Shown here: positions 28,047-38,773 of the stretch, piece after piece | Position numbering within the stretch: position 1 is the first letter of the stretch | Layout: the number at the start of each line of letters is the position of its first letter | NCBI GenBank assembly: GCA_035649595.1 | Contig: DASRJG010000187.1 | Location: 808 to 64,807 of the forward strand | DNA length: 64,000 nucleotides | DNA from: Candidatus Polarisedimenticolaceae bacterium | GTDB taxonomy: Bacteria; Acidobacteriota; Polarisedimenticolia; Polarisedimenticolales; DASRJG01 | Direction of reading: 5' to 3' | The notes under the pieces: model-generated | The model's database searches: none | What the model was told of the DNA's origin: nothing | Seen by the model: only the letters and a program-made list of their open reading frames with translations | Program-made: the position numbers and the translations under genes

Positions 28047-29048
28047 TCAGCCGAGCAGGTTCCACGCGGCCATGCGCACCATGTCCTTCGGGCTCTTCCG
28101 CAGCTCGGTGACGACCGACGCCTCGAAGCCCGAGTGCATCGAGCAGTTCTGGCAGCGCGGATCGCGCCGCGACTCCCAGTACTCCCAGTCCACTCCCGTC
28201 CAGAACTCCTGCCACGTCGCGTAGTACCGCTCGCCGATCAGGTAGCACGGGCCCTTCCAGCCCTTCGGCGTGAACGTCACCGTGCTCCAGGGGGAGCAGT
28301 TGTACTCGCGCATCCCCGCGGCGAACTCGAGGAACATCGGCGTGGACTGGAGCCGGTACTTCTTGGAGATCTCCAGGATCCGGCGGAACTTTTCGTTGGT
28401 GTCCTTGCGCGTCAGGAAGATGTCGCGATCCACCGACGCGTACTGGTAGCCGGGGGAGATCAGCATGCCGTCGACGCCGAGCCCCTTGAGGAAGGCGCAG
28501 AGCTCCTCGATCTCGTCCACGTTCGTCTCGCGGAAGACCGTGGTGTTCGTGATGACCCGGTAGCCGAGCTTCTTCGACTCGCGGATCATCTCGATCGCCT
28601 TGTCGAACACGCCGTCCCGGTCGCAGACGTAGTCGTGGGTCGGCCGCATGCCGTCCAGGTGGACGTTGATGGTGAGCCGGTTGTGCGGCGGGACCGTTCC
28701 GAAGACCTTCGTGTCCAGGAGCAGCGCGTTCGTGCACAGGTAGATGTGGCGGCGCCGCGCGATGATCCCCTCCACCAGCTCCCGCAGCTCCGGATAGAGC
28801 GTCGGCTCCCCGCCGCACAGCGACACGGCGGGCGCCTCCGTGTCGTCCACCGCTTGGAGGCACGCGTCGAGGGGGAGACGGTCCTTCAGCTTCCCGGTAT
28901 GGCGCTCGAGCGCGCAACCGATGCACGCCAGGTTGCAGGTGTACAGCGGCTCCAGCATCAGGACGTACGGGTACCGGTTCCGCCGGCGGAAGCCTTGCTT
29001 CACCTGGTGCTGGATCATGTCGGTCGTCACGTGAAGGGGGAAGCGCAT
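28047..29048 (-). CDS. hpnH: adenosyl-hopene transferase (radical SAM)
   Basis: Tail of ORF 28047..29132(-) from ATG 29048 (residue 29). Radical-SAM CxxxCxxC (YTCNLACIGCA) and the conserved C-terminus CQNCSMHSGFE. Confidence 0.9.
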   Translation of the reverse strand: MRFPLHVTTDMIQHQVKQGFRRRNRYPYVLMLEPLYTCNLACIGCALERHTGKLKDRLPLDACLQAVDDTEAPAVSLCGGEPTLYPELRELVEGIIARRRHIYLCTNALLLDTKVFGTVPPHNRLTINVHLDGMRPTHDYVCDRDGVFDKAIEMIRESKKLGYRVITNTTVFRETNVDEIEELCAFLKGLGVDGMLISPGYQYASVDRDIFLTRKDTNEKFRRILEISKKYRLQSTPMFLEFAAGMREYNCSPWSTVTFTPKGWKGPCYLIGERYYATWQEFWTGVDWEYWESRRDPRCQNCSMHSGFEASVVTELRKSPKDMVRMAAWNLLG

Positions 29049-29076
29049 CGAGGGTCTCCAGGGGGCGAGGCGGCCG

Positions 29077-31164
29077 TCAGCCGCGCTCTCGCGCGTAGCT
29101 CGCCAGCGCGAGGAGTGGGAAATAGGTCGCATAGAGGTGATACCGGAGATAGAACACGCGCGGGAAGCCGGTCCCGGTCCACGCGGCGTCGTGCCAGGAC
29201 CCGTCCCCGTTCTGGGTGTCGAGCAGGTAGGCGACGCCGCGCGCCACCGCCCGGGACGACGCCTCGCCCGCGGCGAGCAGCGTCATGAGGGCCCAGGCGG
29301 TCTGCGACGCGGTGGACACCCCGTGTCCCTTCGTCGCGGGATCCTCGTAGGAGCGTTGTGACTCTCCCCAGCCGCCGTCCTCGTTCTGGACCGAGCGCAC
29401 CCAGGCGGCGGCCCGGCCGATCGCCGGGTGGCTCGCATCGACCGAGGTCCGCGTCAGCCCCCAGGCGGCGAGCCAGGTGCCGTAGAGATAGTTGGTCCCC
29501 CAGCGGCCGTACCAGGAGCCGTCGGTTTCCTGCTTCGCGAGCAAGAAACGCGCGGCGGCCGCGGTCGCCGGGTGGGACGGAGGGAGGCCGAGCTTCGCGA
29601 AGGTCTCCAGCGCGCGTCCGGTGATGTCCTCGCAACTCGGGTCGATCATCGCGTTGTGGTCCGCGAAGGGGACGTAGGTGAGCAGCTCCTTGTCGCAGCC
29701 GCGATCGAAGGCGCCGAAGCCTCCGTCGTCGTTCTGCATCGCGAGGAGCCAGTCGAGCCCCCGGTGGATCGCCGCGCGGCGCTTCCCTTCCTCTCGCGGC
29801 TGAGGGAAGGTCACGCCGGCGAGCGACGTGAGCACCTGCGCCGTGTCGTCGGTGTCGGGATAGAACGCGTTCCGGTACTCGAAGAACCATCCTCCGGGCT
29901 GGACTCCGGGAACTTTCGCGGCCCAGTCTCCCAGGCGCGTGGATTCCTTTCGCAGCAGCCATCGCGCCGCCTCGAGCATCCGCGGATCGCGGGGGTCCAC
30001 TCCGGAGGCGAGTAGGCAGTGCAGGGCGATCGACGTGTCCCAGACCGGCGAGAGACACGGTTGGAGCCGAGCCGTCTCTTCGTCCTCGATCACGAGGCGC
30101 CCGAGCGCCTCGAGCTGGGAGGCCACCGCGGGATGCTCGTCGGCATAGCCGAGGCTCTTGAGGGCGAGGATGGTGTTCACGATCGGCGGGAAGATCGCCC
30201 CCAGCCCGTCGGAATCCTCGAGCCTGCGCAAGATCCAGCGCTCTGCGGTCGCGAGCGCGCGCCGCCTGAGCGGGGTGATCCCGATCGCTTCCACGACGTT
30301 GAAGAATCCGGAGACCAGAACGAAGAAGATCCCCCAGAGCCAGGCCTTGAACGATTTCGCCTTGGGATTGACCGCGATGAGGGACGACGGTAGGCGCAGC
30401 CCAGGAACGTACAGCTCCGGGATCCCCCTGCCGTCCGGACAGGCCGCGCGGGGCTTCTTCGCCCAGACGATCGAGAGCGGGACCAGGATCGTGCGCGACC
30501 ACGCCGACATGTCCCCGATGTTGAACGGGAACCAGTGCGGGAGGAGCGACATCTCGGGGATGACGGCGGGACACCGCTTCCAGTCGTATTCCCCGAAGAT
30601 CGCGAGCAGGATCTTCGTGAACGAGTTGCAGGCTTCGATCCCGCCGTTCTCCAGAATCGCGCGCCGGGCCCGAGCCATCGGCTCTCCGTCGGCGTCGTCT
30701 CCGGCCAGCTTCAAGGCGAAGTACGCCTTGACCGAGCAACCGACGTCCACCGGCCCGCCGTCGTAGTTCGTCCAGCCTCCGGTCGGAAGCTGCTTGCGCC
30801 GGAGGTGCTCGCACGCCTTCGCCGCCTCCCGCGACGAACCGCGTTCGAGAGTGTGCAGGAGGAGGACGTATTCCGACTCGAGGATCGTGTCGCCTTCCAG
30901 CTCGGCGCACCAGTGACCGTCGGCGGCCTGAAGCTCGCGAAGGCGCTCCTGCGCCCGGCGGATCGATTCGGCGACCGGAGAGTCCGACGTCGGCACCGCG
31001 GGGAGCGAGTCGGGGACGGCCTCCGCCACCGAAAGGGCGACCGCGGCGGTCTCCCGGGCGACCGATCCGCGGCTCCTCCGCGAGGGAGACACCAACGCCC
31101 CCAAGCGCGCCGGCAACAGGCGCTCGACGTACCGTGCGAACTCGATCAGCTCTTCCCGGGCCAT
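29077..31164 (-). CDS. shc: squalene-hopene cyclase
   Basis: 695-aa ORF. DxDDTA motif (YPDTDDTAQV) and repeated QW motifs (QNEDGGWGE, QETDGSWYGRWG, QNGDGSW). Confidence 0.95.
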   Translation of the reverse strand: MAREELIEFARYVERLLPARLGALVSPSRRSRGSVARETAAVALSVAEAVPDSLPAVPTSDSPVAESIRRAQERLRELQAADGHWCAELEGDTILESEYVLLLHTLERGSSREAAKACEHLRRKQLPTGGWTNYDGGPVDVGCSVKAYFALKLAGDDADGEPMARARRAILENGGIEACNSFTKILLAIFGEYDWKRCPAVIPEMSLLPHWFPFNIGDMSAWSRTILVPLSIVWAKKPRAACPDGRGIPELYVPGLRLPSSLIAVNPKAKSFKAWLWGIFFVLVSGFFNVVEAIGITPLRRRALATAERWILRRLEDSDGLGAIFPPIVNTILALKSLGYADEHPAVASQLEALGRLVIEDEETARLQPCLSPVWDTSIALHCLLASGVDPRDPRMLEAARWLLRKESTRLGDWAAKVPGVQPGGWFFEYRNAFYPDTDDTAQVLTSLAGVTFPQPREEGKRRAAIHRGLDWLLAMQNDDGGFGAFDRGCDKELLTYVPFADHNAMIDPSCEDITGRALETFAKLGLPPSHPATAAAARFLLAKQETDGSWYGRWGTNYLYGTWLAAWGLTRTSVDASHPAIGRAAAWVRSVQNEDGGWGESQRSYEDPATKGHGVSTASQTAWALMTLLAAGEASSRAVARGVAYLLDTQNGDGSWHDAAWTGTGFPRVFYLRYHLYATYFPLLALASYARERG

Positions 31165-31183
31165 GACGCGCTCGATTCTGTAT

Positions 31184-31213
31184 AAAAAAAAGGGCCGGCA
31201 CTCATGCTGCCGC
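31184..31213 (-). terminator. putative intrinsic terminator after pruA (weak stem plus U8 tract)
   Basis: Minus-strand RNA CGGCA-GCAUGAG-UGCCG-GCCC-UUUUUUUU, 23 nt after the pruA stop. An 8-nt T/A run is exceptional in this sequence. The stem is only 5 bp. Confidence 0.45.
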
Positions 31214-31235
31214 AGGTGGCGTTCGGCGGCAAGTC

Positions 31236-32861
31236 CTACTTCAGGAACGGGTAGGAGAAATGCGCCGGCGGGACGAACGTCTCCTTGATCACGCGAGCGC
31301 TCGTCCAGCGGAGGAGGTTCAAGGCGCTCCCCGCCTTGTCGTTCGTCCCCGACGCGCGGCCGCCGCCGAACGGTTGCTGACCGACAACCGCTCCGGTCGG
31401 CTTGTCATTGATATAGAAGTTTCCGGCGGCGTGGGTCAGGGCCTCGGTCATCGACACGATGGCGTAACGGTCGCGCGCGAAGATCGCGCCGGTGAGGGCG
31501 TATGGCGAGCCGGCATCGCAAGCCGCGAGCGTCCTCTCGAGCTGCGCGTCGGGGTAGACATAGACCGTGAGGACGGGACCGAAGATCTCCTCGCTCATCA
31601 GCCTGAAGTCGGGTCGCTTCGCCCGCACCACGGTGGGCTCGATGAAGTAGCCCTTGCTCGCGTCGCATCGGCCGCCGATCACGATCGAAGCCTCGCGGGA
31701 GCGGCGGGCCGCGTCGATGTAACCCTTGATGGATTTGAACGCGCCTGCGTCGATGACCGCGCCGAGGAAGTTCCGGAAATCGCCGGGATCTCCCATGCGG
31801 ATCTCGCCGGTCTGCCGCTTGAGCCCCCGCTCCACGCGGGGCCACAACGACGCGGGGACGAACGCGCGCGACGCGGCCGAGCACTTCTGCCCCTGGAACT
31901 CGAAGGCCCCTCGGACCAGCGCCGTCACCAACGGCTCGACATCGGCGCTGGGATGCGCGAACACGAAGTCCTTGCCCCCCGTCTCCCCGACGAGCCGCGG
32001 GTAGCCGCGGTACCGCGCGATGTTCTCGCCGATGGTCCGCCACATTCCCTGGAAGACCGCGGTCGAGCCGGTGAAATGAACCCCGGCGAGCTCCCCGCTC
32101 GCCAGCACCGGATCGCCGACCTCGCCCGCGGAGCCCGGCACGAAGTTGACGACGCCGGGGGGAAGCCCGGCCTCCTCGAGCAGCCGCATGATGAACCAAC
32201 CCGAGTAGACCGCGGACGACGCCGGCTTCCAGACGACGGTGTTCCCCATCAACGCCGGCGCCGTGGGGAGATTCCCCGCGATCGACGTGAAGTTGAACGG
32301 CGTGACCGCGAACACGAATCCTTCGAGCGGTCTGTACTCCAGGGTGTTCCACATCCCCGGGCCGGAGCGCGGCTGCTGCGCGTAGATCTCCCGCATGTAG
32401 TGGACGTTGAAGCGGAAGAAGTCGATCAGCTCGCAGGCGGAGTCGATCTCGGCCTGATGGCTCGTCTTGCTCTGCCCCAACATCGTCGCCGCGTTGAGCT
32501 CCATGCGCCGCGGCCCCGCCAGGAGATCGGCGGCCTTCAGGAAGATCGCCGCGCGCGACTCCCAAGGCATGCGGGACCAGTCCCGATGCGCCTCGCGAGC
32601 CGCCCGGATCGCCCGCTCGACCTCCGTGGCGCCGGCCTTGTGCCAATCGGCGAGGACGTGCCCGTGATCGTGGGGCATCACCGCGCGCGCGACCTTGCCC
32701 GTCCGGACGCGGCGCCCGCCGATGACCGGCGTGATCTCGATCCTCCGCCGGGACATCTCCTCGAGCGCGCCCTTCAGCTCGGCGCGCTCCGGGCTGCCGG
32801 GCTCGTAGCCCAGCACACGCTCGTTGACGGGGAACGGGACTTCGACGATGCCGTTGGGCAT
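31236..32861 (-). CDS. pruA: L-glutamate gamma-semialdehyde (1-pyrroline-5-carboxylate) dehydrogenase
   Basis: ORF 31236..32885(-). I prefer ATG 32861, which is preceded by CCGGAGGCGGTC. ALDH signatures VGETGGKDF and FEFQGQKCSAAS, and a P5CDH-like N-terminus VPFPVNERVLGYEPGSPER. Confidence 0.9.
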   Translation of the reverse strand: MPNGIVEVPFPVNERVLGYEPGSPERAELKGALEEMSRRRIEITPVIGGRRVRTGKVARAVMPHDHGHVLADWHKAGATEVERAIRAAREAHRDWSRMPWESRAAIFLKAADLLAGPRRMELNAATMLGQSKTSHQAEIDSACELIDFFRFNVHYMREIYAQQPRSGPGMWNTLEYRPLEGFVFAVTPFNFTSIAGNLPTAPALMGNTVVWKPASSAVYSGWFIMRLLEEAGLPPGVVNFVPGSAGEVGDPVLASGELAGVHFTGSTAVFQGMWRTIGENIARYRGYPRLVGETGGKDFVFAHPSADVEPLVTALVRGAFEFQGQKCSAASRAFVPASLWPRVERGLKRQTGEIRMGDPGDFRNFLGAVIDAGAFKSIKGYIDAARRSREASIVIGGRCDASKGYFIEPTVVRAKRPDFRLMSEEIFGPVLTVYVYPDAQLERTLAACDAGSPYALTGAIFARDRYAIVSMTEALTHAAGNFYINDKPTGAVVGQQPFGGGRASGTNDKAGSALNLLRWTSARVIKETFVPPAHFSYPFLK

Positions 32862-32898
32862 GACCGCCTCCGGAAGAGGCGGCATTCTAGCCGTCGCG

Positions 32899-33195
32899 TC
32901 AGTTGTCTCGCGACAAGGCGCCCTGGACGTCGCTCGCGTGCTCGCTGGTCTTCTGTTCCATCTCGCTGAGGTTGGGCCGAGCCGGGGGGGTCGGCGTCCA
33001 GGAATCCGCGCTCGCGGCGGTCGAGGTCGCGGCCGGCTGGGGCTCGGGCTCCCCGGAAGCCCGGCGGTCGTTGTGCTGCTTGATCTCCAGGGCGGACGGC
33101 GCTACGGATTTGAAATTGGTCATGGCGACGTAGAACAGGACCGCCACCGCCACGAGGAGGATCACGAAGCCGAAGCCGGACCCTTGACGTCTCAT
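32899..33195 (-). CDS. hypothetical small membrane-anchored protein
   Basis: Tail of ORF 32899..33264(-) from ATG 33195. One TM helix (FGFVILLVAVAVLFYVAM) followed by a low-complexity tail. No family recognised. Confidence 0.45.
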   Translation of the reverse strand: MRRQGSGFGFVILLVAVAVLFYVAMTNFKSVAPSALEIKQHNDRRASGEPEPQPAATSTAASADSWTPTPPARPNLSEMEQKTSEHASDVQGALSRDN

Positions 33196-34158
33196 GCCCC
33201 CCAATCTCGGTTCCGGCCCGCCGGAGGGCAAGTCGGCCGGAAGCCTGTGGCATCGTGCCGGCATGGGATGCCGCGGCCGCTACGCCCCGAGCCCGACCGG
33301 GTCGATCCACCTCGGGAACGCCTCGACGGCGCTCCTGGCCTGGCTCGCGGCGCGGGCGGAGGGCGGAACGTTCGTCCTCCGCATGGAGGACCTCGATCGG
33401 CCGCGCGTGGTCCCGGGGGCGGCGGGGAAGATCCTGGCCGACCTCGCGTGGATGGGGATCGATTGGGACGAGGGGCCCGATGTCGGTGGGCACCGCGGTC
33501 CCTACGAGCAGAGCCGGCGCGGCGATCTCTACACGACGGCGTTCGAGCGCCTGTTCGAAGCGGGCGCGATCTACCCCTGTTTCTGCAGCCGGCGCGATAT
33601 CGCGGTGGCCGCGAGCGCGCCGCAGGCGCCGGGAGACGAGGCGCGCTATCCGGGAACGTGCCTTCGGCTGGACGCCGCCGACGTCGCTCGCCGCCTGCGG
33701 GAGCGCCGTCCCCACGCCTGGAGGTTCCGGGTGAGCTCGGGAAACGTGCGCGGCTTCTCGGACGTCGCGCGGGGCGACATCGAGCCCGACCCCGCTGGGC
33801 TGGGGGATTTCGTCGTGCGGCGGGCCGACGGCGTACCGGCCTACCAGCTCGCCGTCGTCGTCGACGACCATGCGATGGGCATCGAGGAGGTGGTGCGGGG
33901 GGAGGATCTCCTCCTCTCGACCTTCCGGCAGCTCCTGCTCTACGACGCGCTCGGTGTCCCGTCTCCGCGCTTCGGACATGTTCCGCTTCTTCACGGGGAC
34001 GATGGGGCGCGGCTCTCGAAGCGGCACGACGGAGTCACGCTGGAGCAGCTGCGCGCCGGCGGGATGAGCGCCCGCGAGGTCGTGGGCAAGCTCGCGTTCC
34101 TGCTCGGGTTGCGCGCCGCTCCGGCGCCGGCCGCGCCGCGCGAGCTGGTCGACGGTTT

Positions 34159-35595
<1,437 letters not shown>

Positions 35596-35630
35596 CCGCG
35601 CATGGTAACCTCGACGACGGAGATCCCGCG

Positions 35631-36833
35631 ATGATCGTCGAGCCTTTTCGAGGCCTGCGCCCCCGCGCCGACCTCGCCGAGAAGATTCCGAGCCTTCCCT
35701 ACGACGTGCTCGATTCCACGGAGGCCCGCGCGGTCGCGCATGGGGATCCCTATTCGTTCCTTCACGTCGTGAAGGCCGAGATCGACCTGGATCCTTCGAT
35801 CGATCCCCACGACGAGCGCGTCTACGCGAAGGCGCGGGAGAACTTCGTGGAGATGCGGTCGAAGGGATGGCTCATCCGCGATCCGCGGCCCTCGTACTAC
35901 CTCTATCAGCAGCGCATGGGAGAGCACGTCCAGACGGGGATCGTCGGCGCGGCGGCCATCGCCGACTATCGGGAAGGCCGGATCAAGCGGCACGAGCACA
36001 CCCGCGCCGACAAGGAGGACGATCGGACGCGGCTTACGCAAGAAATCGGGGCCCAGCCGGGGACGGTGTTCCTCACGTACCGCGACGAGCCCGCGATCGA
36101 CGGCCTGACGGCCGACGAGATGCGCCGCCCGGCGACCGTGGACTACCTCGCGAAGGACGGCGTAACCCACGCGTTATGGATCGTGGACGATCCCGAGCGC
36201 GTCGCGCGATTCCATGACGCGTTCCGCGAGATTCCCGCAAGCTATATCGCGGACGGCCATCATCGCGCGGCGGCCTACGCGCGAGCGGCCCGAACGACCG
36301 GCTTCCTCGCCGCGCATTTCCCCGCGAGCTCCCTCCGGATCCTCGACTACAACCGGCTCGTGCGGGATCTCGGCGGCCTCGCTCCGGCCGATCTCTTCCG
36401 CCGTCTCGCGGCGTCGGGGTGCGAGCTGGTCGATCCGTGGCCGACGCGGCGCCCGCCGCGACCCGGCACGTTCGCCATCTACCTCGAGCACCGTTGGCGC
36501 CTGGCCACCCTTCCTCCGGGTCCCCCCGGCGATCCCGTCGCGGCGCTCGACGTCAGCCGACTTCAGGACGTCGTGCTCGGTCCGATCCTCGGCGTGGGAG
36601 ACCCCCGCTCGGACCCGCGCATCTCCTTCGTCGGAGGGATTCGCGGCATGGAGGAGCTCGAGCGGAGCGTGGACTCCGGCCGGCACGCGCTGGCGATCGC
36701 GATGTACCCGACCAGTCTCCGCGACGTGATGCGCGTCGCGGATACCGGGGGCGTGATGCCGCCGAAGAGCACCTGGTTCGAGCCGAAGCTACGGTCGGGG
36801 ATGGTGATCCGCCTGCTCGACGGAGAGGACTAG
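35631..36833 (+). CDS. DUF1015 domain-containing protein
   Basis: Tail of ORF 35535..36833(+) from ATG 35631, preceded by GGAG. MIVEPFRGLRP...PYDVL...RHEHTRADKEDDRTRL...ADGHHR...MPPKSTWFEPKL are the usual DUF1015 landmarks. Confidence 0.85.
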   Translation: MIVEPFRGLRPRADLAEKIPSLPYDVLDSTEARAVAHGDPYSFLHVVKAEIDLDPSIDPHDERVYAKARENFVEMRSKGWLIRDPRPSYYLYQQRMGEHVQTGIVGAAAIADYREGRIKRHEHTRADKEDDRTRLTQEIGAQPGTVFLTYRDEPAIDGLTADEMRRPATVDYLAKDGVTHALWIVDDPERVARFHDAFREIPASYIADGHHRAAAYARAARTTGFLAAHFPASSLRILDYNRLVRDLGGLAPADLFRRLAASGCELVDPWPTRRPPRPGTFAIYLEHRWRLATLPPGPPGDPVAALDVSRLQDVVLGPILGVGDPRSDPRISFVGGIRGMEELERSVDSGRHALAIAMYPTSLRDVMRVADTGGVMPPKSTWFEPKLRSGMVIRLLDGED

Positions 36834-37621
36834 CCCCGCGACAGCCGGCGGAACAGCTTGTCGCGGAGGACCTGGCTCAGCCCGGGCTTCGCCAGCAGCT
36901 TCCGGATCTGCGTCGCCTTGAAATCCGCGGTGAGCCCCTCCGCGGTCGCCGCCGTGACGCGCGGATGGGTCGCGAGGACCATACGGAGCTCCTCGTCCCC
37001 CTTGAACCTCGAGTCGTGGGCCAGGGCATCGATCGTGGCCGGGGTCAGATGGGGCGAGACCCCGATCGCGCGGGCCTCGGCCAGGCCGAGATTCGGATTC
37101 CGGATCAACGCCTCGAGAACGGCAGGGTTGACGTCGAGCCGCAGGAACTCGCGCTCCTTCAGGCTCGCGTGGGAGGCGAGCGCGATCCGCTGCGCGATCG
37201 GGATCGACTCCAGCGCCTTCTTGATCTCGTGGGCCGGCGTTCCGGGCGTCAGGCCGTCGAATGGCCCGGAGGTCTGGCCCTGCTGAAGGAGACGAGCCAG
37301 GAGATCCTCGAGCGCTTGCCGCTGGGAGTCGTCCGGGTCCACGAACTGGAGAGCGATCTGGAGATCCTCCGAATCGGGCCCGCGCTCCACCCGGATGACC
37401 CGGGCCCGAAGTCGAACCTCGAGGGTCCCCGCCGGCGCTTTCAGGGTAAGCTCCACGGTGTCCGCGGACGGCGTGGGGATGGGGCCGGTCAGGAGCACCC
37501 CGCTCCGGCTCAGGTTTTGGGCGCCGCACGAGAAAGACTGCTCCCCGTCCCGGATTTCGGCGAGAACACCAGCGGGAAAGCGGTATCCGCGACGCGGAGT
37601 TCCCTCGGAGTGGCCGCTCAT
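36830..37621 (-). CDS. PilZ domain-containing protein with a helical-repeat C-terminal domain
   Basis: Tail of ORF 36830..37840(-) from the ATG at residue 74 (37621 by frame arithmetic). PilZ motifs RRGYRFP (RxxxR) and QNLSRSG (D/NxSxxG). Confidence 0.75.
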   Translation of the reverse strand: MSGHSEGTPRRGYRFPAGVLAEIRDGEQSFSCGAQNLSRSGVLLTGPIPTPSADTVELTLKAPAGTLEVRLRARVIRVERGPDSEDLQIALQFVDPDDSQRQALEDLLARLLQQGQTSGPFDGLTPGTPAHEIKKALESIPIAQRIALASHASLKEREFLRLDVNPAVLEALIRNPNLGLAEARAIGVSPHLTPATIDALAHDSRFKGDEELRMVLATHPRVTAATAEGLTADFKATQIRKLLAKPGLSQVLRDKLFRRLSRG

Positions 37622-37702
37622 CCCCGACCCAGTCCGGGATGCAACCCGGAATCGGCTATCATCCTCGTCACTCCCGGCTGTTTGGGTGGAGAATCGGGTG
37701 CG

Positions 37703-38773
37703 ATGGACGTCAAGCTTCCTGTCAATCCAGAAATCTTCAAGTTGGTGGGGCAGATCGAAAGGTTTCGCGACGTTTGGGCGGGAGGAACCTCGATCCCGCC
37801 GGATGCGTTGGCGACGCTCAGGCAGGTCTCGCGCCTGCATTCGGTAGCCTCGTCCTGCCGGATCGCGGGTGTCCGGATCACCGACGCGGAAGCCGAGGCG
37901 ATCCTCTCGGGGGGGGCGTCCGACGCCCCGCAGCGGGACGAGATCGCGGGGTATGCGGCGGCGATCGACCAGACGTTTCCGCGGTTCGGGCCGATCGTGA
38001 CCTCGGGCGACCTCGCGTCTCTCAATGCGGTCGTCGTCGGCAAACCCGGCAACCCTCCGCCGCCCAGCGTGTTCAGGGAGTCACCGCTTCATCTCGAAGT
38101 CTTCGATGCCGAAGGGCGAGCTCAGGGGCGGGTACTCCAAACATTACCCCCCCGGTTGCTGCATGACAAGGTCGAGGATCTCGTCTCCTGGCTCGAGCTG
38201 GAGCTCCGCTCCGGCGAGCAGCATGGACTGCTCGTCATTGGAGCGTTCTTCGTCTACTGCTCCTCGATCAGCCCGTTCGAGCGCGGAAACGGCCGCACCG
38301 CGCGCGTCGTGCTCCCTCATCTGCTTCGCCGCGCGGGATACGGGTTCGTCGACTACTCGAGCCTCGAGCGCGTGTTCGACGAGATGCGGCTGCCCTACTA
38401 CGACGCGATCGACCATGCCGAAACCAAGATCTGGACCCAAGAGGCCGATCTGGCGCCGTGGCTGGTGTTCTTCCTCCAGTCCCTGCACGCGCTGACCGTG
38501 CGCCTCCAGGGGAAGATCGACGCCGAGACACGGTCGCGCGAGCTGCCCCCGCTCCAACGTGCCATCCTGGACGTCATTCGCGAGCACGGCACCGGTGCCG
38601 CGGCACAGCTCATCGCCTCCACCGGCGCGAATCGCAATACGCTCAAGGACAACCTGCGACGACTCGTGGACGGCGGCCTCCTCGAGCGCGTGGGTAGCAA
38701 GCGCGGGACCTTTTATCGACTGCCGGGGCCGGAGCGCGCGGCGAGCTCGGCGCCACCGAAGGATCTAAGGTAA
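37703..38773 (+). CDS. Fic family protein with a degenerate active-site motif and a C-terminal wHTH
   Basis: Tail of ORF 36419..38773(+) from the in-frame ATG 37703. The Fic core ISPFERGNGRTAR replaces the canonical HPFx(D/E)GNGRxxR. Fic_N-like SVASSCRIAGV. C-terminal LQRAILDVIREHG...LRRLVDGGLLERVG. Confidence 0.85.
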   Translation: MDVKLPVNPEIFKLVGQIERFRDVWAGGTSIPPDALATLRQVSRLHSVASSCRIAGVRITDAEAEAILSGGASDAPQRDEIAGYAAAIDQTFPRFGPIVTSGDLASLNAVVVGKPGNPPPPSVFRESPLHLEVFDAEGRAQGRVLQTLPPRLLHDKVEDLVSWLELELRSGEQHGLLVIGAFFVYCSSISPFERGNGRTARVVLPHLLRRAGYGFVDYSSLERVFDEMRLPYYDAIDHAETKIWTQEADLAPWLVFFLQSLHALTVRLQGKIDAETRSRELPPLQRAILDVIREHGTGAAAQLIASTGANRNTLKDNLRRLVDGGLLERVGSKRGTFYRLPGPERAASSAPPKDLR

